Below, piece by piece: positions 36,843 through 46,427 of a stretch of DNA of 64,000 bases. The notes below the pieces were generated by a model, which had not been told where the DNA came from, searched no databases, and saw only the letters and a program-made list of their open reading frames with translations. Each line of letters starts with the position of its first letter. The first letter of the stretch is position 1. The translations under genes and the position numbers were made by a program. Source of the DNA: Gemmobacter sp. (GTDB lineage Bacteria; Pseudomonadota; Alphaproteobacteria; Rhodobacterales; Rhodobacteraceae); contig JBQTJI010000048.1 of NCBI GenBank assembly GCA_052387255.1, positions 1,917-65,916 of the forward strand, in the 5' to 3' direction.

Positions 36843-38408
36843 ATGGACCTGATCGAAGACCCCGCCCCCCCCGGCAACCGCCCCGAATTCACCGTCTCGG
36901 AACTGGCCGGTGCGGTGAAGCGCGTGATCGAGGGCGAGTTCGCACTGGTCCGCGTGCGGGGCGAGGTGGGGCGGGTGTCGAAACCGGCCTCGGGGCATCT
37001 GTACTTCAACCTCAAGGATGACCGCGCCAGTCTGGACGCGGTGTGCTGGAAGGGGCAGGTGGGGCGGTTGCAGGTGCGGCCCGAGGAGGGGATGGAAGTG
37101 GTCGCGACGGGGCGGCTGACCACCTTTCCCGGCGGCTCGAAGTACCAGCTGATCGTCGAGGACATGGCCCCGGCGGGCATGGGTGCGCTGATGGCGATGC
37201 TGGAAAAGCGGCGGGTCGCCCTGCAGGCCGAGGGGCTGTTCGATCCCGCCCGGAAGAAGCCGATCCCCTATCTGCCGCAGGTCATCGGCGTCGTCACCTC
37301 GCCCAGCGGCGCGGTGATCCGCGACATCCTGCACCGCCTGCGCGACCGCTTTCCCCGCCATGTGTTGATCTGGCCGGTGGCGGTGCAGGGCGCGGCCTGC
37401 GCCCCCGAGGTGGCGGCGGCGATCAGGGGGTTCAACGCGATTGCCCCCGGCGGTCCGGTGCCGAGGCCCGACGTGATCATCGTGGCGCGGGGCGGCGGGT
37501 CACTGGAGGATCTGTGGGGCTTCAACGAGGAGGTGGTGGTGCGGGCGGCGGCGGACAGTGCGATCCCGCTGATTTCCGCCGTGGGGCACGAGACGGACAC
37601 GACGCTGATCGACTTTGCCGCCGACCTGCGCGCGCCCACGCCGACGGCGGCGGCGGAACTGGCGGTGCCGGTGCGGCTGGATCTTGTGGCGCAGGTCGAG
37701 GGGCTGGCGGCCCGCCTGACGCGGGGGGTGACGCAGGGTTTGTCTTTGCGCGGACTGCGGCTGCGCGACGTGGTGCGCGCGCTGCCGAGGGCCGAGACGC
37801 TGGTGGCGGGTCCGGCGCAGCGGCTGGACCTGTGGACGGGGCGGTTGCAGGGGGCGCTCGGCCTGTCCGTCGCGGCGCGGCGCGGGCGGTACGAGCGGGT
37901 GGCCGGGCGGGTGCAGCCGGGGGCGCTGGTGGCACTGCTGCGGGGGCAGGGCGACCGGCTGACGGGGCGCGCGACGGCGCTGATGATGGCCATGGCGCGC
38001 GGCGCGGAGCGGCGGGTCGAGCGGCTGGGCGGCCTTGCGGCGCGGCACGAGGCGGCGCACCTGCGGGCGCTGGCGCAGGCCCAGCGTCTGGGGGCCGAGG
38101 GGCGGGCGCGGCTGGCCGCCCTGTCGACCAAGCTGGATGCGGCCCCTGCGGCGCGTCTGGCCGTGCTGGCCGAACGGCTGGACCGGCTGGACCGGCTGCG
38201 CGTGACACTGGGGCCGGACGAGACGCTGAAGCGCGGGTTCGCCATCGTGCGCGGCGACGGTGCGGTGGTGACGCGGCGGGCGGCAGCCCAGGCGGCGCAG
38301 GTGATCGAGATCGAGTTTGCCGACGGGCGGATGGTCACAGGGGCAGGCCGCGCGCCGCGCCGGCCGCGCGGCGGACCGGGGGATCGCGGGCAGGGCAACC
38401 TGTTCTAG
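36843..38408 (+). CDS. xseA: exodeoxyribonuclease VII large subunit
   Basis: ...EFTVSELAGAVKRVIEGEFALVRVRGEVGRVSKPASGHLYFNLKD...GVVTSPSGAVIRDILHRL...ARGGGSLEDLW. Confidence 0.9.
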   Translation: MDLIEDPAPPGNRPEFTVSELAGAVKRVIEGEFALVRVRGEVGRVSKPASGHLYFNLKDDRASLDAVCWKGQVGRLQVRPEEGMEVVATGRLTTFPGGSKYQLIVEDMAPAGMGALMAMLEKRRVALQAEGLFDPARKKPIPYLPQVIGVVTSPSGAVIRDILHRLRDRFPRHVLIWPVAVQGAACAPEVAAAIRGFNAIAPGGPVPRPDVIIVARGGGSLEDLWGFNEEVVVRAAADSAIPLISAVGHETDTTLIDFAADLRAPTPTAAAELAVPVRLDLVAQVEGLAARLTRGVTQGLSLRGLRLRDVVRALPRAETLVAGPAQRLDLWTGRLQGALGLSVAARRGRYERVAGRVQPGALVALLRGQGDRLTGRATALMMAMARGAERRVERLGGLAARHEAAHLRALAQAQRLGAEGRARLAALSTKLDAAPAARLAVLAERLDRLDRLRVTLGPDETLKRGFAIVRGDGAVVTRRAAAQAAQVIEIEFADGRMVTGAGRAPRRPRGGPGDRGQGNLF

Positions 38409-38532
38409 CGCGGACTGGACCCGGAAGTTCGAATTCTGCAACGCATCCTGGAAATCACATCAAGATTGCGCGCCAAGGACCTGATCTTGCGTGTCTGGCA
38501 AGACAGACTATCTGCGGGATTGTTCGAAAAGG

Positions 38533-38943
38533 TCAAACTCCCACATCAGGCCCCGAGCAGACCAGCGGACTGGACGACTGCGCCACTTCGGACAGGTCGG
38601 CCCCGTTCGGATCGCCGGTGAAGCGGGCGCGGATGCCGCCTTCGATGCGGTGGAAGGTCCAGCACTGTGGGCCGCCCACGTCCTGTTCGTAGACAAAGCA
38701 GATTTCCTGCCCCGCCTCGTACCAGTACCCTTCGCGGCAGATGTCGCCCTTGAACGCCCAGAGCACGCGGCGACCGGGCAGGTACTGCTCGATCCCGTAG
38801 ACCTCGCCCCCGAGGCCGTAGGTCAGCGTCTTGCCGGTGGCATAGCTTTCGAACTCGGCCCCCGTCATGGGCGGGGAAACCGGCGTTGTTTCGGCCAGCG
38901 CGGGGGCAGGGGCCAGCAGCAGGGCAAGGATCAGGGGGCGCAT
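38533..38943 (-). CDS. secreted hypothetical protein
   Basis: MRPLILALLLAPAPALA signal peptide. 136 aa. No family recognised. Confidence 0.55.
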   Translation of the reverse strand: MRPLILALLLAPAPALAETTPVSPPMTGAEFESYATGKTLTYGLGGEVYGIEQYLPGRRVLWAFKGDICREGYWYEAGQEICFVYEQDVGGPQCWTFHRIEGGIRARFTGDPNGADLSEVAQSSSPLVCSGPDVGV

Positions 38944-39009
38944 CGCAGGCTCCGACCGGGGATGCCCGATGGTGCCCCGAACCGGGCGGAAACGCCAGTC
39001 ACGGCTGTG

Positions 39010-40035
39010 TCAGGCGGCGCGCCAGGGGGCCAGGTGCGGGTGGATCATGCGCCGCCACAGGGGTGGCGCAAGGGCGATCAGGCAGCACACTGGCAGGGCA
39101 TAGGGCAGGCGGGGTGCCCTGTCCGCAGCGGGCAGCCGCAGCGCCGGGTAGGGGCGGGCGGGGTGGGCGTGGTGGTCGGAATGGCGCGGCGCATTCAGCA
39201 TCAGCGCCGCCGAAAACCAGTGCGGCGCGTTCCAGGAATGGCGGTCGCCCACGGGTTCCAGCCGCCCGTCGGGCAGGCGGGCGCGCATCAGGCCATAGTG
39301 CTGGACATAGTCCGACAGCAGCAGCTGCGACTGCGCGTGCAGCGCCAACAGCGCCCAAACGGCCACCCCCGCCCATCCCGCCACCAGCCCGCCCGCCGAG
39401 AGGCCAAGCGTGGATCCGGCCAGATACCCGGCATAGGGGTGCAGCCCCCGGTGCCGGTCACGCTCGGCCAGCCAGCCCGCGCGGAACGACCCCACCCAGG
39501 CGCGCAGGAAGAAGCGGTAGAACCCCTCGCCCCGGCGCGCCGTGTTCGGGTCCTGGCGGCTGGCGGCGTGGCGGTGGTGGACCAGGCGGTGCGCGCTGGC
39601 GTGGTGGCCGAACAGAAGGGTCGCATAGACCGCGGCCCCCAGGCGAAACAGGCCCCGGTGGCCCCGGTGGATCAGTTCGTGCGCCGCCGGGTTCGACACC
39701 TGACCCAGCCACAGCCCGAAGCCTGCGAACAGGGCGATGCGTTCCCAACGCCCCAGCCCGCTGTCCCCCGCGATGGCCCAGACCGCGACGGGCATCGCCG
39801 CCAGATGGGCCAGGCCCAGGGCGACAAGCAGTGCGTCGGCGGCGGGAAACTCGGCCCCCTCGGGCGCGTCGGGGGCGGCCCAGGCGATGGCCTGGTCAAG
39901 GATCGCGGTGAAGACGGTCATGTAGATCAGGCCCACGACCACCCATCCGCCGCCCAGAAGCCCGAGGCCGATCAGCGGCAGGGGGGCCAACGCCGCGACG
40001 GCGAACAGGGGCATGGGCGAGGCGGGTGGCATCAT
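39010..40035 (-). CDS. alkane 1-monooxygenase (AlkB)-like membrane hydroxylase / fatty acid desaturase family
   Basis: His boxes HELIHR, HRLVHHRH and NAPRHSDHHAHP. ATG at 40035 is preferred because the track start at 40098 lies in a REP-B copy. Confidence 0.75.
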   Translation of the reverse strand: MMPPASPMPLFAVAALAPLPLIGLGLLGGGWVVVGLIYMTVFTAILDQAIAWAAPDAPEGAEFPAADALLVALGLAHLAAMPVAVWAIAGDSGLGRWERIALFAGFGLWLGQVSNPAAHELIHRGHRGLFRLGAAVYATLLFGHHASAHRLVHHRHAASRQDPNTARRGEGFYRFFLRAWVGSFRAGWLAERDRHRGLHPYAGYLAGSTLGLSAGGLVAGWAGVAVWALLALHAQSQLLLSDYVQHYGLMRARLPDGRLEPVGDRHSWNAPHWFSAALMLNAPRHSDHHAHPARPYPALRLPAADRAPRLPYALPVCCLIALAPPLWRRMIHPHLAPWRAA

Positions 40036-40086
40036 CGGGGATCGGGGCCTGTTCGGGTGCGTCAGTCTTGCGGCACGGGCGTTAAC

Positions 40087-40150
40087 GGGGGGTTTCACAC
40101 CCCCCGCACCCCCCGTGGGATATTTCCGGACAGAAGAAGGGGCAAGGGAA
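40087..40150 (+). repeat. REP-B intergenic repeat (about 60 bp)
   Basis: ggggggtttcacaccccccgcaccccccgtgggatatttccggacagaagaaggggcaagggaagg. Confidence 0.85.
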
Positions 40151-40317
40151 GGGTTAACACGGAAGCGCCCCGGGGGGCATCCCGCTGCGGCGCAACAGCG
40201 TGTCGCGGACGACTGGACAGTGCGGGGGGGGCAGTGCGCCGGACGGCGTGACGGGCGCGCCCTTTTCCTGCGCCGCCGTTTCGCCTAAGGGAGGGGCCTG
40301 CGAAAGGGTTCTCGGGC

Positions 40318-41319
40318 ATGTCCTTCTTCAAGAAACTGCGCGACCGGATGTTCCGCTCGTCCGACCGCATCGGCGAGGGGCTGGACGCGCTGGTGGCCGA
40401 GGCCGCCCCGGCCCCCGAGCCGGAGGCCGCGAAACCGGGGCTGATCGGGCGCATCCTGGGGCGCGCGGGCGTGGAAGAGCCGCGCCGCGTGGTCGACGAT
40501 GCGATGATCGAGGGGCTGGAAGAGGTGCTGATCGCCGCCGACATGGGGGTCGAGACGGCGCTGAAGGTGGCCGCCAATCTGGCCGCCGACTGGATGGGTC
40601 GGCGGGTGTCGGCGTCCGAGCTGAGGGCGGCGCTGGCCGCCGAGGTCGAGCGGATCATGACGCCGGTGGCCCGCCCGCTGCCGATCTACCCCAAGCGCCC
40701 GCAGGTGGTGCTGGTCGTGGGCGTCAACGGATCGGGCAAGACCACGACCATCGGCAAGCTGGCCAGCCAGTTCCGGGCGGCGGGCAAGTCGGTGGTGATC
40801 GCCGCCGGCGACACGTTCCGCGCGGCGGCGGTCGAGCAGTTGCAGATCTGGGGCACACGCGCGGGGGTGCCGGTACTGACCGCGCCCGAGGGGTCGGACC
40901 CCGCCAGCCTGGCCTTCGACGCCATGGGGCAGGCGCAGGCGACGGGGGCGGACCTGCTGCTGATCGACACGGCGGGGCGGTTGCAGAACCGCCAGGACCT
41001 GATGGAGGAACTGGCCAAGATCGTCCGCGTCATCCGCAAGCGCGACCCGGATGCGCCGCACAACACGATCCTGGTGCTGGATGCGACGGTGGGCCAGAAC
41101 GCCCTTCTGCAGGTCGAGGTGTTCCGCAAGATCGCCGATGTCACGGGCCTGGTGATGACCAAGCTGGACGGAACGGCCAAGGGCGGCGTGCTGGTGGCGC
41201 TGGCCGACCGGTTCGGCCTGCCGATCCACGCCATCGGCGTCGGCGAGCAGATCGACGACCTGTCGCCCTTCGATCCGGGCGATTTCGCGCGGGCGCTGGT
41301 CGGCACGGGCGAGGCATGA
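40318..41319 (+). CDS. ftsY: signal recognition particle-docking protein FtsY
   Basis: ...[20 protein letters not shown]...DTAGRLQN...[13 protein letters not shown]-GTPase motifs. Confidence 0.95.
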   Translation: MSFFKKLRDRMFRSSDRIGEGLDALVAEAAPAPEPEAAKPGLIGRILGRAGVEEPRRVVDDAMIEGLEEVLIAADMGVETALKVAANLAADWMGRRVSASELRAALAAEVERIMTPVARPLPIYPKRPQVVLVVGVNGSGKTTTIGKLASQFRAAGKSVVIAAGDTFRAAAVEQLQIWGTRAGVPVLTAPEGSDPASLAFDAMGQAQATGADLLLIDTAGRLQNRQDLMEELAKIVRVIRKRDPDAPHNTILVLDATVGQNALLQVEVFRKIADVTGLVMTKLDGTAKGGVLVALADRFGLPIHAIGVGEQIDDLSPFDPGDFARALVGTGEA

Positions 41320-41330
41320 GGAGGGCAGCG

Positions 41331-41927
41331 ATGCAGGACAGGACAGTGTCACCGGGACTGAAGGCGGTGCTGGAATACGGGCCGATTGCGGCGTTCTTCC
41401 TGGGCTATGTCATGCTCAAGGACCGGACCTTCACCGTCGGCGGTACCGAATATGGCGGCTTCATCGCGGTGACGGCGGCCTTCGTACCGCTGCTGGTGGT
41501 CTGCACGCTGATCCTGTGGCGGCTGACGGGCAAGCTGTCGAAGATGCAGGTGGCGACGGTGGTGCTGGTGGTGGTGTTCGGCGGGCTGTCGGTCTGGCTG
41601 AACGACGAGCGGTTCTTCAAGATGAAGCCCACGATCATCTATACCCTGTTTGCCGCCGTCCTGGGGATCGGCCTTCTGCGCGGGCAGTCGTATCTGCAGG
41701 CGGTGATGGGCGAGGCGCTGGACATGGCGCAGGAGGGCTGGATGATCCTGACCCGCCGTCTGGCGCTGTTCTTTGTCGGGCTGGCGGTGGCGAACGAGGC
41801 GGTCTGGCGGCTGATGTCGACCGACGCCTGGGTGAACTTCAAGACCTTCGGCCTGACCATCGCCATGTTCGCGTTCTTCATGGCGCAGGCGGGGTTGCTG
41901 AAGAAGTACGGCAAGGACGAGGGCTGA
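41331..41927 (+). CDS. yciB: septation protein A (IspZ/YciB)
   Basis: ...[17 protein letters not shown]...[14 protein letters not shown]... Five hydrophobic segments. ATG at 41331. Confidence 0.85.
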   Translation: MQDRTVSPGLKAVLEYGPIAAFFLGYVMLKDRTFTVGGTEYGGFIAVTAAFVPLLVVCTLILWRLTGKLSKMQVATVVLVVVFGGLSVWLNDERFFKMKPTIIYTLFAAVLGIGLLRGQSYLQAVMGEALDMAQEGWMILTRRLALFFVGLAVANEAVWRLMSTDAWVNFKTFGLTIAMFAFFMAQAGLLKKYGKDEG

Positions 41928-42685
41928 TGCTGAAGACGCGGATCATTCCCTGTCTGGACGTGGCCGAGGGGCGGGTCGTCAAGGGCGTGAACTTTGTCGA
42001 CCTGGTCGATGCGGGCGATCCGGTGGCGGCGGCGGCGGCCTATGATGCCGCCGGAGCGGACGAGCTGTGCTTCCTCGACATCATGGCGACCGAGGAAAAC
42101 CGCGGCACGATGTACGACCTGGTCACCCGCACGGCCGAGCGGTGCTTCATGCCGCTGACGGTGGGGGGCGGGGTGCGGACGCCGGCGGATGTGCGGGCGC
42201 TGCTGCTGGCGGGGGCCGACAAGGTGTCGTTCAACTCGGCGGCGGTGGCGAACCCCGATGTGGTGGCGCGGGCGGCGGACCGGTTCGGGTCGCAGTGCAT
42301 CGTGGTGGCGATCGACGCCAAGACCGTGGAGCCGGGGCGGTGGGAGATTTTCACGCATGGCGGGCGGCGGGCGACGGGGATCGATGCGGTCGAGTTTGCC
42401 GTGACGGTGGCGGAGCGGGGGGCGGGGGAGATTCTGCTGACCTCGATGGACCGGGATGGCACGCGCGCGGGCTTCAGCATCGGGCTGACGCGCGCGGTGT
42501 CGGATGCGGTGCCGGTGCCGGTGATTGCATCAGGCGGCGTGGGGACGCTGGACCATCTGGTCGAAGGGGTGACGCAGGGCGGGGCCTCGGCGGTGCTGGC
42601 GGCGTCGATCTTTCATTTCGGCACGTTCACCATCGGCCAGGCCAAGGCGCACATGGCCGCCGCCGGCATTCCGGTGCGGCTGTGA
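41927..42685 (+). CDS. hisF: imidazole glycerol phosphate synthase cyclase subunit
   Basis: [33 protein letters not shown]... The ATG overlaps the yciB stop by 1 nt. Confidence 0.95.
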   Translation: MLKTRIIPCLDVAEGRVVKGVNFVDLVDAGDPVAAAAAYDAAGADELCFLDIMATEENRGTMYDLVTRTAERCFMPLTVGGGVRTPADVRALLLAGADKVSFNSAAVANPDVVARAADRFGSQCIVVAIDAKTVEPGRWEIFTHGGRRATGIDAVEFAVTVAERGAGEILLTSMDRDGTRAGFSIGLTRAVSDAVPVPVIASGGVGTLDHLVEGVTQGGASAVLAASIFHFGTFTIGQAKAHMAAAGIPVRL

Positions 42686-42993
42686 GCGCGCTGGAGCGGC
42701 TGGCGGCGACCATCGCCGCGCGGGTGGGGGCCGATCCCGAGACGTCCTGGACTGCGAAACTGCTGTCGCGCGGCCCGGAGCGCTGTGCAGAGAAGTTCGG
42801 CGAAGAGGCGGTCGAGGCGATCATCGAGGCGGTCAGGGGCGACCGTGACCGGCTGACGGCAGAGGCGGCGGATGTGGTCTATCACCTGCTGGTCATGCTG
42901 GCATCGCGGGGGGTGACGCTGGCGGATGTCCTGGCCGAGCTTGAGCGGCGCGAGGGGGTTTCGGGCGTGGCGGAAAAGGCCGGGCGTCGGTGA
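42682..42993 (+). CDS. hisE: phosphoribosyl-ATP pyrophosphatase
   Basis: [45 protein letters not shown]...[11 protein letters not shown]. The GTG at 42682 overlaps the hisF stop (GTGA). Confidence 0.9.
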   Translation: MSALERLAATIAARVGADPETSWTAKLLSRGPERCAEKFGEEAVEAIIEAVRGDRDRLTAEAADVVYHLLVMLASRGVTLADVLAELERREGVSGVAEKAGRR

Positions 42994-43008
42994 TGCGGCG
43001 CGGAGGCC

Positions 43009-43070
43009 GGGGGGTTTCACACCCCCCGGACCCCCCGTGGGATACTTGCGGACAGAAAAAGGGGAAGGGA
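43009..43070 (+). repeat. REP-B intergenic repeat
   Basis: ggggggtttcacaccccccggaccccccgtgggatacttgcggacagaaaaaggggaagggagcg. Confidence 0.85.
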
Positions 43071-43073
43071 GCG

Positions 43074-44408
43074 TTACTTCGCGATCTTCTCGTCCTTGAC
43101 GAACATGTTGCCCCAGGCGCGGTCGATCAGGTCGGGGGACATCTGGTAGGGGATGCACTCGAACTCGCAGACCGCGATCATCTGGTCGATCAGGAAGTTC
43201 GGCATGTAGTTGGCATAGCGGTTGTCGATCAGCGGGAACTTGGTCTTCATCAGATGGACCAGCGCCACCTCGTCCAGCGGGACCTTCTTTTTCCGGGCGA
43301 CCATGGCGAAGATCTTCAGGAAGTTTTCCTGGCTCGGCCCGTCGATCTTGATCTTGAAGAAGATCCGGCGCAGGGCCGCGCCGTCGAAGATCTCGTTCGG
43401 GTGGAAGTTGGTCGAGAAGATCACCAGCGTGTCGAAGGGCACCGTGAATTTTTCGCCCGATTGCAGGGCGAGGATGTCGCGCGCCTCTTCCAGGGGCACG
43501 ATCCAGCGGTTGACCAGCTTCTGCGGCGGTTCGGCCTGGCGGCCAAGGTCGTCGACGATGAAGATGCCGCCGGTGGATTTCAACTGTAGCGGCGCCTGGT
43601 AGGTGCGCGCGGTGGGGTTGTAGGTGAGGTCGAGCATGTCGAGCGACAATTCACCCCCGGTGATCACCGTCGGACGCTCGCAATAGACATAGCGGTTGTC
43701 GAAGCGGTTGCCGGAGCGGCGCAGGGATGTCGGGTCTTCGACCGAGGCCTGGGCGGCGGAATGCACGATAGGGTCGTAGACGGTGATCACCTGGCCCGAG
43801 TATTCCAGCGCGCGGGGCACATAGATCCGGTCGCCCATGGCGTCGCGGATGCCGTTGGAAATACTGGACTTCCCGTTGCCGGGGGGGCCGTACATCAGGA
43901 TCGACCGGCCCGAGGTGATGGCGGGCCCGAGGTTCGACAGAAGGTCCCCCGGCAGGATCAGGTGGCCCATGGCGCGGGTCAGCTGGTCGCGGGTCAGCCG
44001 GATGTCGCGCACCGACTGGCGTTTCACCTGCACCTTGTAGGCCTCGAGCGGCACCGGCATGGCACCGTAGTACTCCGACTGCGACAGGGCATCGAGCGCG
44101 CGGGCCTTGCCGCCGTCGGTCAGCTGATACCCCATCTCGTTGCCGCTGGTGGCGTGCAGCGTGCCCGTCGCCTCGAGCAGTTTCTGGCTGCGGGCGAGGT
44201 CGACCAGTTCCTGCGTGACCGGGACCGGCAGGCAGACGACCTGCGAAATCGCCGAGACGAGGTCGAGGTTGGTGCGGAACATCGTCTTCAGCAGGATGTC
44301 CCGCATCATCACCACGGACAGGCCCACCTCGGCCAGGTTTCTGGGCGCAGGCGGGGCCAGGACGTTCGGCGTGGCGGGCGGGGGCAGTTGCACGTTCATG
44401 AAAGGCAC
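43074..44408 (-). CDS. AAA+ ATPase, last gene of the Tad locus
   Basis: Walker A LMYGPPGNGKSS and Walker B GGIFIVDDLGRQ. The N-terminal 150 aa or so look helical or winged-helix-like. It starts 38 nt downstream of cpaA on the same strand. Confidence 0.8.
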   Translation of the reverse strand: MPFMNVQLPPPATPNVLAPPAPRNLAEVGLSVVMMRDILLKTMFRTNLDLVSAISQVVCLPVPVTQELVDLARSQKLLEATGTLHATSGNEMGYQLTDGGKARALDALSQSEYYGAMPVPLEAYKVQVKRQSVRDIRLTRDQLTRAMGHLILPGDLLSNLGPAITSGRSILMYGPPGNGKSSISNGIRDAMGDRIYVPRALEYSGQVITVYDPIVHSAAQASVEDPTSLRRSGNRFDNRYVYCERPTVITGGELSLDMLDLTYNPTARTYQAPLQLKSTGGIFIVDDLGRQAEPPQKLVNRWIVPLEEARDILALQSGEKFTVPFDTLVIFSTNFHPNEIFDGAALRRIFFKIKIDGPSQENFLKIFAMVARKKKVPLDEVALVHLMKTKFPLIDNRYANYMPNFLIDQMIAVCEFECIPYQMSPDLIDRAWGNMFVKDEKIAK

Positions 44409-44446
44409 CTTCGCATCAGCGGCGTCCGGCCTTGGCTAGCGCAAAG

Positions 44447-44950
44447 TCACGGCAGGATTAGGGCAACGGCGGGGTAGAAAACCAGCAGGCCCGACAGGGC
44501 CAGGCCGAGGGGGAACTTGTGGTGGGTCCAGGACGCCCAGCCGGGCGTGGCGGCCCGCACGGCAGGGATGGCGCGGGCGATGCGGTGGCAGGCGAAGGCC
44601 CCGAGGATGCAGGCGGCAAACAGCGCCATGACGGTGCGGATGTCGGCCCCGGTAAAGAACGGGGCCATGGCGGCGGCATATTTGCTGTCGCCTGCACCGA
44701 CCCCGGCGAACGAGGTCAGGAGGAACCCGATCACCAGCACGATGGCCAGCAGTGCAAAGCCCCAGAGCCAGATGTTCGTCGGCTGCAGGACAAACCCCGC
44801 GATGACCCAGACGCCGAACAGGGCCATCACGGCGTTGTTGGGAATCTTCATGCGGCTCATGTCGGACCAGGCGACCCAGATCGCGATGGGAACCGTGAAC
44901 ACCAGGAACCACAGGAACGTGGCCGGGTCGGTCGCGGGGATCGCTGGCAT
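44447..44950 (-). CDS. cpaA: A24 family prepilin peptidase (CpaA/TadV)
   Basis: 167 aa, polytopic. ...VAWSDMSRMKIPN... and ...GVGAGDSKYAAAMAPF... carry the two catalytic Asp contexts. ATG at 44950. Confidence 0.85.
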   Translation of the reverse strand: MPAIPATDPATFLWFLVFTVPIAIWVAWSDMSRMKIPNNAVMALFGVWVIAGFVLQPTNIWLWGFALLAIVLVIGFLLTSFAGVGAGDSKYAAAMAPFFTGADIRTVMALFAACILGAFACHRIARAIPAVRAATPGWASWTHHKFPLGLALSGLLVFYPAVALILP

Positions 44951-45807
44951 CAGAGCGTCACGTTCGCATCGAGGGCGGCCAGCGAACGGGCGGCTTCCTC
45001 GAAATACTGGGGGTGGGTGTCGACCGCGTCCTGCAATAGGCCCTTGCCCAGCGACACGTCGCCCTGCTTGATCGCCGTCAGCGCCAGCGTGTACAAGAGT
45101 TGCGCCCGTTCGGTCTGGGACATCTGCACCACGGGCAGGTCGTACTTGCGCTGCGCCCCACGCGCGAGGACCAGGTTGTTCTTGGCCGTGTACAGGTTCG
45201 GCTCGTAGGTCAGCGCGTCCTGGAACATCTTTTCGGCCCCGGCATAGTCGCCGCGCGTCAGTTTGGAGTAACCCCAGTTGTTGTAGACGCCCGCAGGTTT
45301 CGGCGTCAGCCCGGCAGCGATTTCGTAAAAACTGTCGGCTTTCTTCCAGTTCTTCTTCGAATCGGCGATCATCGCCTCGAGCCGGTAGCGCTGATAGGAC
45401 TCGTGGGTGGGGGGGATCTTGTTCAGTTCCACCTCGGCCGCCGTCCAGTCGTTGGCGCGGATCAGCGCATCGGCCAGTTCGGTGCGGTCGTCGTTGGTGC
45501 CTTCGGGGGATGCCACGACCTGCTGCCAGACGGCAGCGGCCTCTTTCGGCTTGGACGCGCGCACCAGCGATTTGGCCAGGCCGCGTTTCAGGTCGATCCG
45601 GTCGGGGTTGGCGGTGGCGGTCTTCTGGAAATAGGCCACGGCCTCGTCCGGGTCGCTCACGGTCAGCATGATGTCGTTGAGGTTCGATTCGTCGATGACG
45701 TTCACGTCCTTCAGCGCCCGGTTGACCTGGGCGTCCGAATTCCCCCCGCAAGCCGTCAGGGCCACCGTGCCCGACAGGCACAGCGCAATCAGTCCGGTTT
45801 GGCGCAT
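44950..45807 (-). CDS. TPR-repeat lipoprotein (Tad locus)
   Basis: Lipobox LTAC in MRQTGLIALCLSGTVALTACGG, followed by TPR-like repeats. Confidence 0.7.
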   Translation of the reverse strand: MRQTGLIALCLSGTVALTACGGNSDAQVNRALKDVNVIDESNLNDIMLTVSDPDEAVAYFQKTATANPDRIDLKRGLAKSLVRASKPKEAAAVWQQVVASPEGTNDDRTELADALIRANDWTAAEVELNKIPPTHESYQRYRLEAMIADSKKNWKKADSFYEIAAGLTPKPAGVYNNWGYSKLTRGDYAGAEKMFQDALTYEPNLYTAKNNLVLARGAQRKYDLPVVQMSQTERAQLLYTLALTAIKQGDVSLGKGLLQDAVDTHPQYFEEAARSLAALDANVTL

Positions 45808-45845
45808 TTTGCGTCCCTATTTGCTGCTCGTCGCGCCGACCGTCC

Positions 45846-46403
45846 CTAGAGTTGCGAGAGCAGGACGTACTGCCCTTTTTCGCGCCGCATCAGGGAGAAG
45901 GCCGGAGCTTCCTCGGGTGCATCATGGGCCGTGCCTTCGGTCTCGGCAATGGCGAGCCGCAGATTCTGGCGGATCGAGTCCGATTGGCCACTGTCGAGCG
46001 CAAAGGCCTGCTGGAAGACCACCCGCGCCTCGCCCGGCCGTTCGCGTTCCATCAGCACGACGCCCAGGTTGTTGAGCGCGGGGACGTAAGCAGGGTCGGC
46101 CTCGAGCGCGCGGCGCAACAGCTGTTCGGCCTGGCCCAGCCGCCCGAGCGCCAGGTTGGCGGACCCGAGCGCGGACAGGGTGTCGATGTTGATCCCCGTC
46201 TCGGCGGCGGCGCGCAGATAGGCCTTCAGCGCCAGTTCATGCTCGCCCGCAGCCATCAGGCGATGGCCGACGACCAGCCCATCCTCGCCCCTGCGGCCCG
46301 AAGCGCCGGGGGCGCGGTTTTCCTGGGCGAAGCGGTCGGAACATGCGGACAGGGCAAGGGCAAGCATGAGGACCGCGGCAGTCAGGGTGATCGCGCGGGC
46401 CAT
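45846..46403 (-). CDS. tadD: TadD-like TPR lipoprotein
   Basis: Lipobox LSAC. TPR repeats (ALGRLGQAEQLLRRALEADPAYVPALNNLGVVL). Confidence 0.7.
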   Translation of the reverse strand: MARAITLTAAVLMLALALSACSDRFAQENRAPGASGRRGEDGLVVGHRLMAAGEHELALKAYLRAAAETGINIDTLSALGSANLALGRLGQAEQLLRRALEADPAYVPALNNLGVVLMERERPGEARVVFQQAFALDSGQSDSIRQNLRLAIAETEGTAHDAPEEAPAFSLMRREKGQYVLLSQL

Positions 46404-46427
46404 TCCGGTGTTTCGCCTTCGGTCAGG

